Shown: positions 39,908 to 53,203 of the stretch, one piece after another | Layout: each line of letters starts with the position of its first letter | Numbering within the stretch: position 1 is the first letter of the stretch | Source of the DNA: Paragordius varius | Lineage: Eukaryota; Animalia; Nematomorpha | NCBI GenBank assembly: GCA_964247055.1 | Contig: OZ176050.1 | Coordinates: 6,510,001 to 6,574,000, forward strand | Length of the DNA stretch: 64,000 nucleotides | Reading direction: 5' to 3' | Translations under genes and position numbers: made by a program | Notes under the pieces: model-generated | Told to the model about the DNA's origin: nothing | The model's input: the letters and a program-made list of their open reading frames with translations, nothing else | Databases searched by the model: none

Positions 39908-40320
39908 AATGAAAGCTAAATAAATTATTTTAAATGCCTATTTTTTTGCAAGTAATTTAATGTACCAGACCCCAATTTTAATTCCCAGTATTGGTATGAA
40001 AGCTAAATAAATTATTTTAAATATCTATTTTTTTGCAAGTACAATTGACCCAAATAATAATTCCCAGTATTGGTATGAAAGCTAAATAAATTATTTTAAA
40101 TACCTATTTTTTGCAAGTAATTTAATTTTTCAATGGATCTTAATTATAATTCCCAGTATTGGTATGAAAGTTAAATAAATTATTTTAAATACCTATTTTT
40201 TTGTAAGTATTTTAATGTTTCAATGGACCCAAATTATAATTCCCGGTATTGGTATGAAAGCTAAATAAATTATTTCAAATACCTATCTTTTGCAAGTAAT
40301 TTAATGTTTTAATTTAATGT
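39905..40320. repeat. Five copies of an 80-90-bp tandem repeat just upstream of the hAT transposase start
   Basis: ATGAAAG(C/T)TAAATAAATTATTT recurs near 39910, 39997, 40076, 40165 and 40255. Confidence 0.85.
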
Positions 40321-40723
40321 GAAAGTTATCATCTTGAAGTTGGAAATAACATGCACGAAAAAGTGTGTTTTATAAATGATTAAATGAATGCGATGATAGA
40401 TATTTATAATAAAGAATTTTATTAAAAGTTTCCAAATATAATTTAAATGCCAAAATAAAAATGCATAATTTACATAAAAATTTTAAAAGAGCCACTCAAA
40501 ATTTTCAATGAGCCACTAATGGCTCGCTAGTACCCTGTTGGACACCCCTGGTTTAAAGCATGGAGGAAACCGTATAAAAAAAGAAATTGTAAAACACTTT
40601 TTTTATAATTCGATGATGCTGAACATATCTATCATCAAACTGATTTAAAATTGTTTTTCAAATTGTTAATAATTTTTTTTAACTAAACTAATATATAACC
40701 AATATTTTGTATTAATCTTCTAA

Positions 40724-42353
40724 CACTTCGATTCAAATTGGGGTATCTAAATACTCAGACTATATTAAAGATGATTTTTAAAAACTACTGAATGAAATGG
40801 TCGCAATTTTAATTTATGCCTCTATCCTAATAAATATTATATAAATATGCCAAAATATCTAAATAAAAATTAGTTTAAAAAAAGTTTCATATCAAACCAC
40901 TTTGAGGCCATTTTATTTACAATAATTTTACAAAATATCGTGCTTATTTATTTAATGCTAACAAGGTAATTTTTTATTTAATACTTGGATACAATACAAC
41001 ACACTCATTTTAGTCCTTCGATTCAAATTGGAGTTGGATACCTTCGGCCTGTTTAAAATCAAATACTTTAAAAAGTATGGAAGGAATCGAAACCATGGCA
41101 AAATTTTCCATTTATATAACATTAATAAACCGAAATATATAAAGATTTTATTCAAAAATACTTGATATTATCTATTTTGAGATAAAACCGAAGGTAAAAA
41201 TTTCGTCACTGTGACATGTGCGAAATAGTAAAATTAAAAATAATACAAAATAAACCGTTTTTTTATTTTTATCAATGTTAGATTTAATTTAAATAAAATA
41301 TTCGCTTTAATTTTACCCTTAAAATTAAATGAAGACGATATTTTGGAAAAGTTTTGTGCGTCGAAGTAGTTTGACATGGAACCTTTTTTTCAAAACAAAA
41401 TTTTATTAAGATATTTTGGCATATTTATATTATTTTTATTAGAAGCATAAATTTGAATTGAGACCGTTTCCTTTAGTAGTTTTTTTAAAAATAAATTTAA
41501 ATTTAGACTGGGGTATTTAGATACCCCAATTTGAATCGAAGTCTTAAATCACATTTAACATTGATAATAGAAAAAGTATTTTATTCGTATTATTTTTGAA
41601 TATTGACTAAATTTTTATCTTCGAGTTTTACCCTAAATTAGTAATATCAATATTAAGAATTATTTTTATATTTCGGTTCATTAATGTTATAGAAGTGCAA
41701 ACTTTTGCCATGGTTTCGATTCTTCCATATTTTAAAGTATTTAATTTTAAACACGCCTTATCTAACTACCCCAATTTGAAGGACTGAAATAAATGTGTTG
41801 TCTCCAAGTGTTAACACTTCGATTCAAATTGGTATCTAAATACCCCAGATTAAATTTAAGTTAGGATTTTTAAAAAACTCTTGAAGGAAACGGTCCCAAT
41901 TTAAATTTTTGCTTCTATCCTAATAAAAATTATATAAAAAATTTTGTTTTGAAAAAAAAGTATCATGTCAAACTACTTCAATGCCATTTTTATATTACAA
42001 AATTTCTGCAAAATGTCGTCTTCATTTAACTTTAAGGGTAATATTAAAGCTTATTTTTTATTTAAATTACATTTAACATTGATATAAATAGAAAAAGCGC
42101 TTTATTTTGTATTATTTTTCAATTTTACCATTGCACACAAGTCACGTTGACTAAATTTTTACCTTTCCGTTTTAGCTAAAAATAAGTAATATCAAGTATT
42201 TTTGAAATTTATTAATGTTATACAAGTGCAAAATTTTGCCATGGTTTCGATTCCTTCCATATATTTCAAAGAATTTTGTTTTAAACAGGTCTGGGGTATT
42301 TAACTACCCCAATTTGAATCTAAGGACTAAAATGAATGTGTTGTATCCAAGTG
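40724..42353. mobile_element. Nest of three copies of a TTAA-target MITE of about 540 bp (piggyBac- or Kolobok-type), plus a fragment near 42510-42700
   Basis: Intact copy TTAA|CACTTCGATTC...TATCCAAGTG|TTAA at 41815-42353. Copy 40724-41810 is split by an inverted copy 40982-41543 flanked by TTAA. Confidence 0.8.
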
Positions 42354-43196
42354 TTAATAATTATAAAATTAGTTGTATGTTTTACGGTTTTGGCAGCTAT
42401 TCCAATTTTGAATTCTCGTGTCTAATTACAAACAATTTTATTTAATCATTAGAGCAAAGTTCTAAATAACACAAACAACATAAAAACATAATTTTATTTA
42501 TTTTAAATCTTGGATGCTACACATTTGTTTTAGTCCTTCAGAATGGGAGTCATTGGTGAATCAAAGCCAATCAAATAAATCAAAAATATGGGATAAATAT
42601 AAACCATTACAAAAAATTGCACTTATATAACATTGATGGAAACGTAAATAAATTTATTAAAATTTGATATCACTTTCTTTTGTAAAAACCTAAAGAATAA
42701 AATTTAGCCAACATGATACGTTTAGATTGGCTTAATATAAAAAGGATGCAAAATAACCAATCTTTCTGTTTATATATATATATCTATATATTTTATATAT
42801 AAAATATCTTAAATGCTAAAAAATAATTTTAATTTTAGCTCAAACCTAATTTTACTTAGATATTTTCAATTATTTATATAATATTAATTAATCATTAATT
42901 TAAATTGGTATTATCCCCTTCAGTAATATTTTTATATCAAGTTGAAAGCGTGACTAATTAGCCTAATTTGCGAAGTGAGCTTTCGGGCAAAAAAATACCT
43001 CATAATAAAATTGTCTCCAAAACAATAAAAAGAAGGCCTTCAGCTAATGCATATTAAAGAATTTTTTTTATACCAAAATTTACCTTAAAGAATCAACAAC
43101 AACATATTTTATAATCATAAAATAAAAAATTCAAAAAAATATTTTAACCGCCATAACATTTTTAAGTGTGGACCAAATGGTATTCGATTTTAGTAT

Positions 43197-46100
43197 ATGG
43201 ATGGCATAGGCTTTGAGAAATATTCGCAGCTTTACACTCCGTGGAGCTTGGGTGATTTAGTATGGACAAAACTATCATCATTCCCTTGGTGGCCTAGTAT
43301 GATTATAAATGATCCTATATCCAATTTGTTTACCAGGATAAAAAGTATATTTTTTATAAGTTATTTTTAGAAAATACCCGTGAGTATCATGTTCAATTTT
43401 TCGGTGAAAATAACAGAGCTTGGGTATTTGAAAAGAATATAATTTTGCTTGAAAAACCAATACCCTACAAATCCTTGCTGGCTTTGACGAATTCAAATGC
43501 CAAAAATTGCAAAGAAGCTAATATCACAGCTATGGAAGAGTGCGATGTGGATAGCGACATTTTTACAGCAGGAATGTCTAATAAATTTAAAACTGTTTGG
43601 GCAATGGGTGTAGCCATAGCTGAACAAGCCATTCCATATGATAATCAGAGTAGGATTGCTGCGTTTGGTATTGATTATATACCGCCCGACGAAAATTCAC
43701 CCAAAAAAATAAAACCAATTAAAAAATTAAAAACGCCTCGAACTAATCTGAAATTAGCTGCACAAGATAAAGACAGTTTATCAAACGATCAATTTAATGA
43801 TGAGGTTAAAGAACTTCAAGTTAAATCAACCCCGAAGAGCAAACCTAAAAAATCTAATTTTAAAATTAAATTGCCCTTGAAAGAAAAAAATCCAGAGATT
43901 AAAAATCCTATTGATGGAAAATTGTCGCCCGTAAGAACGAAACGTAAGGATCATTCTTTTACAGAGATTCCCGTTAAAAAAATTAAACGACGCACTGTCG
44001 AACTAAAGGACACAGTCAAAACTAAATGTGAGAAATATATTTTTATATTTACACATTTTATCAATTATATAGCTTTTGATTTTTCAATCATTTTTTATCG
44101 AAAACTATTCATACCCTATATATATATATATATATATATACCATTTACAGTTCAAATTCACCCTTGAACAATTTAAATTCACCCTGGAAGAATTCAAATT
44201 CACCTTTAAACAATTCAAATTCACAAAAATAAATTATGTGTTTTTGAACTAATATAACTCGTTATTAATATGAAATATATGTTTATGGTATAGTTTATAA
44301 TTTTTTCAGTATTTTAATTTAAAACAAATTTTTTATTTTTAAAAAAGTATATAAAATATAGGTGTTTTTTAATCTATATTTTATTTGAGGGTGAATTTGA
44401 ATTGTTCGAGGGTGAATTTGAATTGTTCAAGGGTGAATTTGAATTGTTTAAGGCTTAAATTGAATATTAAATGGTATATATTATTTTTAGCTTCTGGTAT
44501 TATCCAACAAAATGTAGATTCTTTATTAGATCTACACTCACCGCATTATATAACCGGTGAAATAAAAACAGAAAATATATTTCCTCCCCTCGACAAAAAT
44601 AATAAAAATGATGATGGTGATGATTTGAATCGTGAAGGTAGCCAAGAATTATTTTCTCCACCAACCCCGTCTGATAATACAGAAGAAAAAAATGTATCTG
44701 AGCCAATAGAAACAACCGAAATTGTCACAGAAGAAATCCTTAAAACCGAGGTGTGTTCCACTATATAAATAAATTTACCTTTTTTAAAACACATTATAAT
44801 TTTGTCTTTCATATATCAAATAGAAATGATTTTTTATGTATAATATACTTTTACCTAGGTGCATGTTTTTCCCTCCAAAAATTTCATTGTCAAACTTTAT
44901 TTTTTAACATTTAATGTTTTATGGTATGAATTTTCAGTATAACAAAAATAATTTATAGTGTATGAATATATTCTCATTTGTATGCACATGCTCAGATTAC
45001 TGTACAGTTTACAATATTGAATAATAAATAGACCAATTTTGTTTATTATAACTCAATAATTTCAATAAATAGTTTATATATGCCTTGATTAAATATGTCT
45101 TCTCATCAAAACCAATTTTATTTTATAGGTAGATGAAGCATTTGAAACCGTTTTTTGTAATGGTAGCGACGATACATTATCCAATCTTTCCACTGAAATT
45201 AAAAATGAACCAGAATCTATGTCATTTCCTTTGGATAATCAGGACACTCTAAGCAATAAAAGCTCTAATATTTCATGTAAACTTTATAATAAGAATATAG
45301 CTATAAATATTATTAATTTTAAAGGATACGCTATTTAAAATAAATTATTGAAATTGCACCCGTGGCTATTAACAATTTAAGCTTGCAAAACTTTGCCTAA
45401 AAAAGTGCGCTGATTAAAAAATTATTAAATTAGTTTAATATTGGATAATGTATAATTTTTAATACTTTTTTAGCTAGTGGTCGATCAAGTCGAACAAAAG
45501 TTTTAAATGGTGTTACAGTACATCCACCACATCTAAACAAGAATGACACTCCGAATTCTAAACCAAACAGAAAATCCATTATTGATTTGAACGCAATAGA
45601 TATTGGTTTACCTGCGTGGTCTAAAACCGAAAAGGTTATAAATTTTATTTTTAATTAAAATAACAGTGGGCTCCTCCCCTATCCCCCATAAATACTCCAA
45701 TTGTGGGAAAAAATTATAATCGATTATCCTCATCGTGACCCTTTTAAAAAATTAAAATATAAAATTTTTGATTAGTACCAATATTTTATATTGTTTTACA
45801 GTTTTATAATAGGAATCTTTAAGAAGTCAGAACAAAAGTGCATAATCATATCTTAATTAGTTTAAATGCGATATTTTTTTAAAAAGCTCATTATGATTTG
45901 AAATCCACTTTAAGTATAATCATAATTGGGCAATTTTATTGCTTTTCTTGTTTAATAAATTTGTTTATTTTTATAGGGGATGGTTCAAAAATTTTACTTT
46001 TGTGGACTGTGTATGCTTATAGAACCAAATAAATATTTCCCAAAAACATTCGATAGTGATGGATACATAAAATGCTCTAATGTAGAATGTTCTAATATCT

Positions 46101-49100
46101 ATCATAAAACATGTATTCTTGATGATATGCAAGAAAAATGTGAAACCACAGACGTTTATGATACTCATTTTGATGGTGATAACTTTAAGTGCCAAGAATG
46201 TATTGCAGGTTATTGTATAAATTTAATAATTTTATTTAACATAATAATTCAAGCAATAATTTTTTTTTAAAAATAAAATAGTCTAAATATAATTCGTTTC
46301 AGTTTGAATTGTGTCTCTTATTCCAAAACCTTTTTTTCTATTTACAATGATATTGTCTTTTACCTCAATTTTAGATTCCAGGGCTTGCTTCATATGTAAA
46401 GCACATGACGGTGATTTAGAACCGTGTATGTTACCATCTTGCGGAAAAAATTATCATAAAACTTGTGTTTCCAGGTAGTGTATTGATATTACTAAACAAA
46501 AATATTTTAACAATTACATAATACAACCATTTAAAATTTATTTTATTTTTTTGTAATAGGTATCCCTTAACAGTGGTTGATACTAAGGGATTTGTATGTC
46601 CTAGACACCAATGTGCAAACTGTATAAGTGAATATCCAAAAAACCCTAAAGCTACCAAAGGTTAGTTTAATATTATATATTGATTAATAACTTATCTTGT
46701 GGTATAATTACTAATAGCCATTTTTGTTGTAGTCGAGTTTAGTTAATCTGAAGCTGTGCTTAATATAATTTGTTAAAAACCGCTATATATTATTTTTATA
46801 AACCGGTTGTCTTTTATTAATATGTATTAATGCTTTAACATTTACTGGATCTTAAAATGAATTAATTTATATATTATAGCATATAAATATGTTAATGCCT
46901 TACATTACATCATTAAAATAATTATTTTAAATTTTTTTGCTAAAAACTCTTTAAACGGATCCAGCGTTCGATTTTGGTGGAAATAATCTAAGTTATATTA
47001 CACTACACCAAATATGAATTTATCAAAATTACCTTTTTAAAATTGACAATAATTTATGAGGTATTTGTAAAAAAATATAATTAAACGCTCCCCAAATGTT
47101 ATATTTAAAGGAAAACTCGTGACTTGCTTACTATGTCCATCCACTTATCACAGACCGCCCTCACGAGAATCTGATGCTGAAAATTGCGTGGCAGCTGGGA
47201 GTTTTGTCCTTTCGGACCGAACTATAATTTGTGGAGATCATAACCAACCTCCTAATCATCTCAACGTTGGATGGTGTTTTATATGTTCATCAAGTACAGA
47301 TAAATAATCTCATTTACATAAGAGTTTATCAAATATATGTAATTTTATTAGGGATGGGTATGACCGTAGGGTGAATATGATCGCTAAAACCAAAATGTAT
47401 CAAACTTTCAAACATTTGGTGTTTAAAATTAATATGCAATAATGGTAGAAAAAGAAAAAATGTTAAGTTTTTAAAGCTCAAATATTCATTATTACATTGT
47501 TATAAACTAAACCGTTTTCGTTCTTTTGTTTATTATACTTTATATTTTTATAGTAATAATGAATGCTTATGATTATAATTCAAAGCGGTTACCGGCTACG
47601 TTATAAATAGTCAAAAACCCAACCCTATATATTTTAGTTTACCCAATTTGTATATTTTGCAAATATTCATACATTACCTAAAAAGGAATAAAGAAAGTTT
47701 TAAAACATTTTTTTAGCCAATGGACCTGATCTCGTATGTTGCGATTCCTGTCCTGCAGCATTTCATAAATCTTGCGTTCCCGGCTTAGATATCCCAGATA
47801 TGTTGGATAATGGTAATTATTTAAACACATTTTTTATCACTTTTTCAAAAAAACTAAAAATATGGATATGATTAAAAATGTATAAACACTAGCTCAATTT
47901 AAACATTTTCATAGCGGATTACTAAGGATTTTAAAATTATTTTTATACGAATTGGAATATTTTTATAATTGTTTTAGAAGAGTAATAATACTGGATTGGC
48001 ATGCTACATTTTTAGATTGATAGATACGAATGCATAGAAAACAATTCTTTGGATGCAGATAATATTTTTCCTCTCTAATGATGACCAGTTCATATATTCA
48101 TATATGAGCTATAGGAAATAATTTACGATCATCACAGCCTTTATCATCCTATTGGCAACACCTTAGTCGTTGTTTATTGTTTTTTCCCACCTAAAAGTTG
48201 GTTTACTTCTACGCGTGTCCTGTAGTGTTTAAGGATAATTATTTATCCATTTTTCTGGATACATGTGACGTGCCCGAAATATCTGACTCTATTTTTCCGA
48301 ATACTGATATTTAAGGTATAGCCTAAAATAAAGGTTTGGATATTAACATCCGATATTCTATATCGCTCATTTTTTTCTTATTCTAATTTGTCATAGGCCA
48401 AGTTATCTTTTGTATTTTATCCTTACTATTTCTATGTGGTTTTTCATTCAAATCTACCTAATAAAATTGGGAATGTTAATTTTATCTCCCAAACACGGCC
48501 TTTATATTTATGAATTTTGAGAGCGGTGTATTAGTTTATTGAGCATCATTCTCGCCCCTAAGGTGGTTCGAATAAGTATTTTTCCTAAGCAAACATTAGT
48601 TTAATAAACCTACGTTTGTCGGAATCAATAATACTTCTCTGTAAAAAAGGTTAATTTTTAAAATATATCCAAAATTTAATCAAATAATTGATAATATTTT
48701 TAAGTTCAATTGTCAAAATACAAATATTCACATTGTTATAATCGTTTAAAATAAATAAATTTATAAAATAATAAAATATTTCGGATCTTCCTGATCCTTT
48801 ATCAATTATACAAAAATAACGAAAAATGGATATAGAAAATAATAAATTTAAAAAGAAAAGTAGTTTGTTATCATATTCCGTATTGCCTTAGTTGATTGTT
48901 ACGTTATATCGGTGTTGTATATTTTGGTTTCCTTTTAAAGAAATATTTTTTAATGAGGTTGATATTAGGTAATTTCTCTCTTTTTTGAGGAGTTTTCTAT
49001 GTTATTGAATGGATGTACATGACTTCTTCTATGGATCTTAAAAAAATATGCTTGGCGGGTACTTGGTAGAAGCGTGGAATTATGATTGATATATTAGTTT

Positions 49101-52100
49101 ACTCGTAGTCTTTTTTTGGAACAGCAAGCCATTGTATCCCTATTACTGTCCGAATTGATTTAAAATATCTTTTGATGCGTAAAATTTATACAATGAAATT
49201 CCGTAGAAACAATCGAAAAAACAAAATGAAAGAGTAATTTTCATATATTTCAAACGATTTTTTAAATTATTTTTCAAATTATCCAGGTTTTATGCTTTAC
49301 CTCTTGGTTCTTTCTTATTATCTATTATGTAGTAAATATTTTTTTTAACCCCCAACTTAGCCCAATAAAGCCAAGTTTGTAAATTACTAACATAATATTA
49401 TACCAAAAATTTTAAATTTTTTTCAGTTCATTTTTCATATCAGTATTAGATTTGCAAGTATACTTGTGTCCTAAATATTTTTTCATCGTTTTAAATTTTT
49501 TGTAACTCATTTAGAAAATATTTGGTGGTGTCCTGATTGTGAATCTGGGAGACGTCCAGTTGTTGGTGATATTGTTTGGGCCAAACTATCTGCATATAGG
49601 TAAATAATATTGCTTCATTCAATATAATTTCCTTTTTTATTGATCTTTTTTTGAATTTATTTTTAAAAAAATAAACCAATTTTTAACATAAATTGTATAT
49701 TATCTTTTTATTCTATAAAAACTTACCAGGGTATTTATCTTTTGGTTATTTTTATACAGTAAAAATAAAACATAAAAGTAAAAATTTTTTTACAAAGAAA
49801 ACCATGTAGTCTTAAAACTTAATTTTAATTGCTATCCCACTCGGGTTCATACTTTACGTTTGATTCCTGTGTTATATAGGTTTAAATAATAATATGTTTT
49901 CTTTATAGGAAAAACAATTAGTCTGTTAAGTTACATACTTTTTTAAATTTTGATTTTATGTATATAACCTCAATAATTGCGATTGCGAAATAAATTGTGT
50001 CTGTATGTGTGTTACCAATTTTAAATTTCTATGCTCAATCTAGCAAACCAAAACGATAGATTATAAAAAATTAAAGTTAAAAAAACATTGTTTATATATA
50101 ACTTAAAAAAATTAAATGTTATATCTTTATAATTTTAATTTTCTTTGTCTCAATAATTTTAGATGGTGGCCGGCTTGTGTTGTGAGTTGTGACAATATTC
50201 CTGTACGTGTTAAAGCTAAAGTACCTGGATCATGTTTATCGGACTTGCCTGGGCGATTCCCTGTTTTCTTTTTTGGTTCTCACGATTATTATTGGATTCA
50301 TAGAACACGCGTATTTTTGTTTGCTGATGGGGATACAGCCACCGCCGCTAACAGCAGTAAAGCTCATGGGAAAAGTTTAAATCAAACATTTGCAAAAGGT
50401 TAGTTTGGTTTAGTTTATTTTAAACTTATTTATTTACCATTAAAATAATTTTGTATGTATTTTTAAATAATAAAATATTTTTATTGTATAAATGCTCTGA
50501 TTATAAATAATTTTAGGACTTTTTATTGTCGTATTTTCTATATAATTATACTAAACTTTTTAATTTTTTAGCTCTCCAAGAAGCATCGGCCAAATATGAA
50601 GAGCGTAAAAAACACAAAGAGGATATATTTAAAGAAAATCAAGCAAAAATGGCCTCACGAAAATATAGACCATTCAAACTTATCAAAGTATATAATTTTA
50701 TTTAAAATTATTTTTTATAGTTATAATTATAAAATATTTTTCATACTCACTTGATAAGTACGTATATATTTAAATTAAATATCATGATTATTTATGTTTT
50801 CATATTATTCAAATTTTACGATAAGTCACCTGAAACAAAATGATAGAAAATGTTTCCCATTATCATTTTATATTGCACATTAAATTATAATCATTCTTTT
50901 TAGTGTCCAATTTAACGAATTTTAATCAACGAATCTTACATTCTTTAATTAAAATCATAATATCACTCGCTATCATACACAGTCAAATCTACATTTGACT
51001 GTAGCAAACATTTCTAAAGGGATACATTATGTAAAATAGCTTGTATTGCAAAATTGTTTAATAATAATCCTTTTTGTTAACACTTTATAGTGCAACAAAG
51101 TCGTCGTTTCCAGCAGTATTCATAATAATGCAAATCACATAAAATCCGAAATGAACGGAGATGAAACCCTTAATGATGAAACCGCTTCGATTGGTTCCGA
51201 AACATCGTCTAATCACAGCATTGGAGGAGTTAATACAAACAATACATCTTCCACCACAAATGGCATTATTGTTACAAAAGATTTACATGCTTGTAATTGT
51301 GATCCTAATCAAGATTTACCTTGCATCGATGATTCCACTTGTTTGAACCGAATGAGGTTAGTTGATTGGTTTATTTGCTATTTCTTAACATTACGATGAT
51401 TCGCTTAATATTTATTTTATTTATCTTTAATATAGCTTTTTCTTTTAAAACTAAAACTTTTATATATAAAGGGAACATATTTTTGTGCTTGTGTTTGAAT
51501 AAAATTGTTGGTAAATTTGCATGTAATAGTTACTTTAAAAATATGCGCTTATAAATGAAAATACTATACCATTTACTTATTAATAGTTTCATTGAATGTC
51601 ACCCGAAAGTTTGTCGAGCTGGTGAACGATGCCATAATCAAAGGTTTTTGAAACGAAATTATCCACACACCCAACCATTTGCTACGCGAGATAGAGGCTG
51701 GGGTCTATTATCATTAGTTGATATAAAAAAGGTATTCATTTACTTTAATTTTGGTGACTATCATTTTTTAATTAACCAAAGGTAGTTATCCTAAACGCGA
51801 TTCTATGACATATTGAATTTTAAAAATTTAGTGGAATATAAACTTTTTTTCATTTTTGTTTTCGATTTATCATAAAGGTTTTTAGACCTGAAAAATAGCA
51901 TATAAGTTTTAATTTTATTTCTAATTAACAATCCATTGAAATAATTACGCTAGTGGTAAAAGCAAAATAACCCAAATCGAATTTATTCGAGCAAAAAGCA
52001 ATAATTTCTGGCCCTTTGTTAAAAAATTATGAACCGAAACTGAGCATTAATAAAACTTCTAAGATCCGGTATTCTTTCTGCTTTTTGTAAAAATCCTCTT

Positions 52101-53203
52101 AATTAATCATTGCCATAGGGTGATTTTGTCTATGAATACGTGGGTGAAATAATTGACGAAGCCGAATTCCGTAAACGTTTAGATTGGGCTCACAAAAACA
52201 AAGTGGATGACTTTTATTTCCTTACTTTGGATAAGGATAGGTTTAATTTATATCTTTTCTTTTTACGTTAAAATATTTAAATACGTCATTTACTATATAA
52301 ATTTGTTAAAAATAGTGAATTACAATAACAGTGTATATTTTACCTTAATTTGTTTTTTAAACCAATAGCACTTAAAATAACTGGCTTAATATATTTTAAT
52401 GTACATAGAATAATAGATGCAGGCCCTAAGGGAAATTTATCTCGCTTCATGAATCACAGTTGTGATCCAAACTTGGAAACGCAAAAATGGACGGTTAATG
52501 GAGACATACGTGTTGGCCTGTTTGCCATAAAGAATATTAAAGCTGGTATAATTTTTTTACTTAAGCTGTAATATTATCAGAAGAAATTATTATTATTAAA
52601 TATTAAGAGATGTCTCTAAAACTTTTTTAATGAAATTGAGATATAGTATTTACCTCTTTTCATATTTCAAACTTGGGCATAAATATTGGCTCTTTTATGA
52701 CTTTTTTCCATAGAATGTTGTACGTTGTTTAAAAACTTTTTTTGTTAATTTTGTCTTTATTACACCCAATAATTTTACATAAGTTCAAGCACATTAATTT
52801 AAATGCGTAACATATTTCACGATCGAATACAGGTGAAGAACTTTGTTTTAATTACAACCTTGAATGTTTGGGTAATGAACGACGTGAATGTCATTGTGGA
52901 GCTGCTAATTGTAGCGGATTTTTGGGAGTTAAACCCATTAAAGTATTGTTTTACTATCATAAATAATATATATTATAGAATTTTAAAATTATGGATAATT
53001 TTTTTATCAATATAAATATTTTAGGCTTTTCAAAACAGTATTTATTTTCCTATATTTAGAAATCAATGGATGTTACGTCTGCCACTCCGAAGTCTTCCAA
53101 AAAGAATAAAAATACATCTATTTCCAACATAAAAACCTTGTCAGGTAAAAAACCAAAACTTGATTCATTGAATGGTAAACACAAGAAAAATAAGCAAACA
53201 TAG
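43197..53203 (+). CDS. NSD: NSD-family histone H3K36 methyltransferase (PWWP-4xPHD-PWWP-AWS-SET-postSET). Exons 43197-43344, 43371-44027, 44491-44750, 45129-45276, 45474-45634, 45977-46208, 46375-46474, 46560-46660, 47111-47293, 47717-47812, 49515-49599, 50163-50398, 50572-50687, 51091-51356, 51587-51731, 52119-52240, 52409-52545, 52833-52942, 53060-53203
   Basis: [19 protein letters not shown] Cys/His patterns, [39 protein letters not shown] and [30 protein letters not shown]. The start codon and last exon are less certain. Confidence 0.92.
43345..43370 (+). other. 26-nt first intron of NSD
   Basis: GTATATTTTTTATAAGTTATTTTTAG. Removal joins ...FTRIK to [13 protein letters not shown] in PWWP1. 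Confidence 0.85.
44139..44476. mobile_element. MITE family 1, copy C, in NSD intron 2, next to (TA)12
   Basis: TACCATTTACAGTTCAAATTCACCCTTG ... AAATGGTA|TA; interior similar to copy B. Confidence 0.88.

Larger units (their letters stand above)
35276..40550 (-). mobile_element. hAT DNA transposon (Buster/Charlie/SPIN-like), 5275 bp including a nested foldback
   Basis: TIRs CAGGGGTGCCCAAC and GTTGGACACCCCTG (1 mismatch); perfect 8-bp TSD GTTTAAAG at 35268-35275 and 40551-40558. Confidence 0.93.

Noticed and set aside
42900-43196. Possible divergent partner gene or extra 5' exon upstream of NSD
   Set aside because: Every frame and splice combination tried hit stops; a 28-nt 5' UTR intron at 43166-43193 is possible but unsupported.
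44385-44490. Repeating peptide RVNLNCS at the start of the 127-aa ORF, and the repetitive ORF at 56940-57209
   Set aside because: These are translations of 21-bp MITE subrepeats; only 44491-44750 is an NSD exon.
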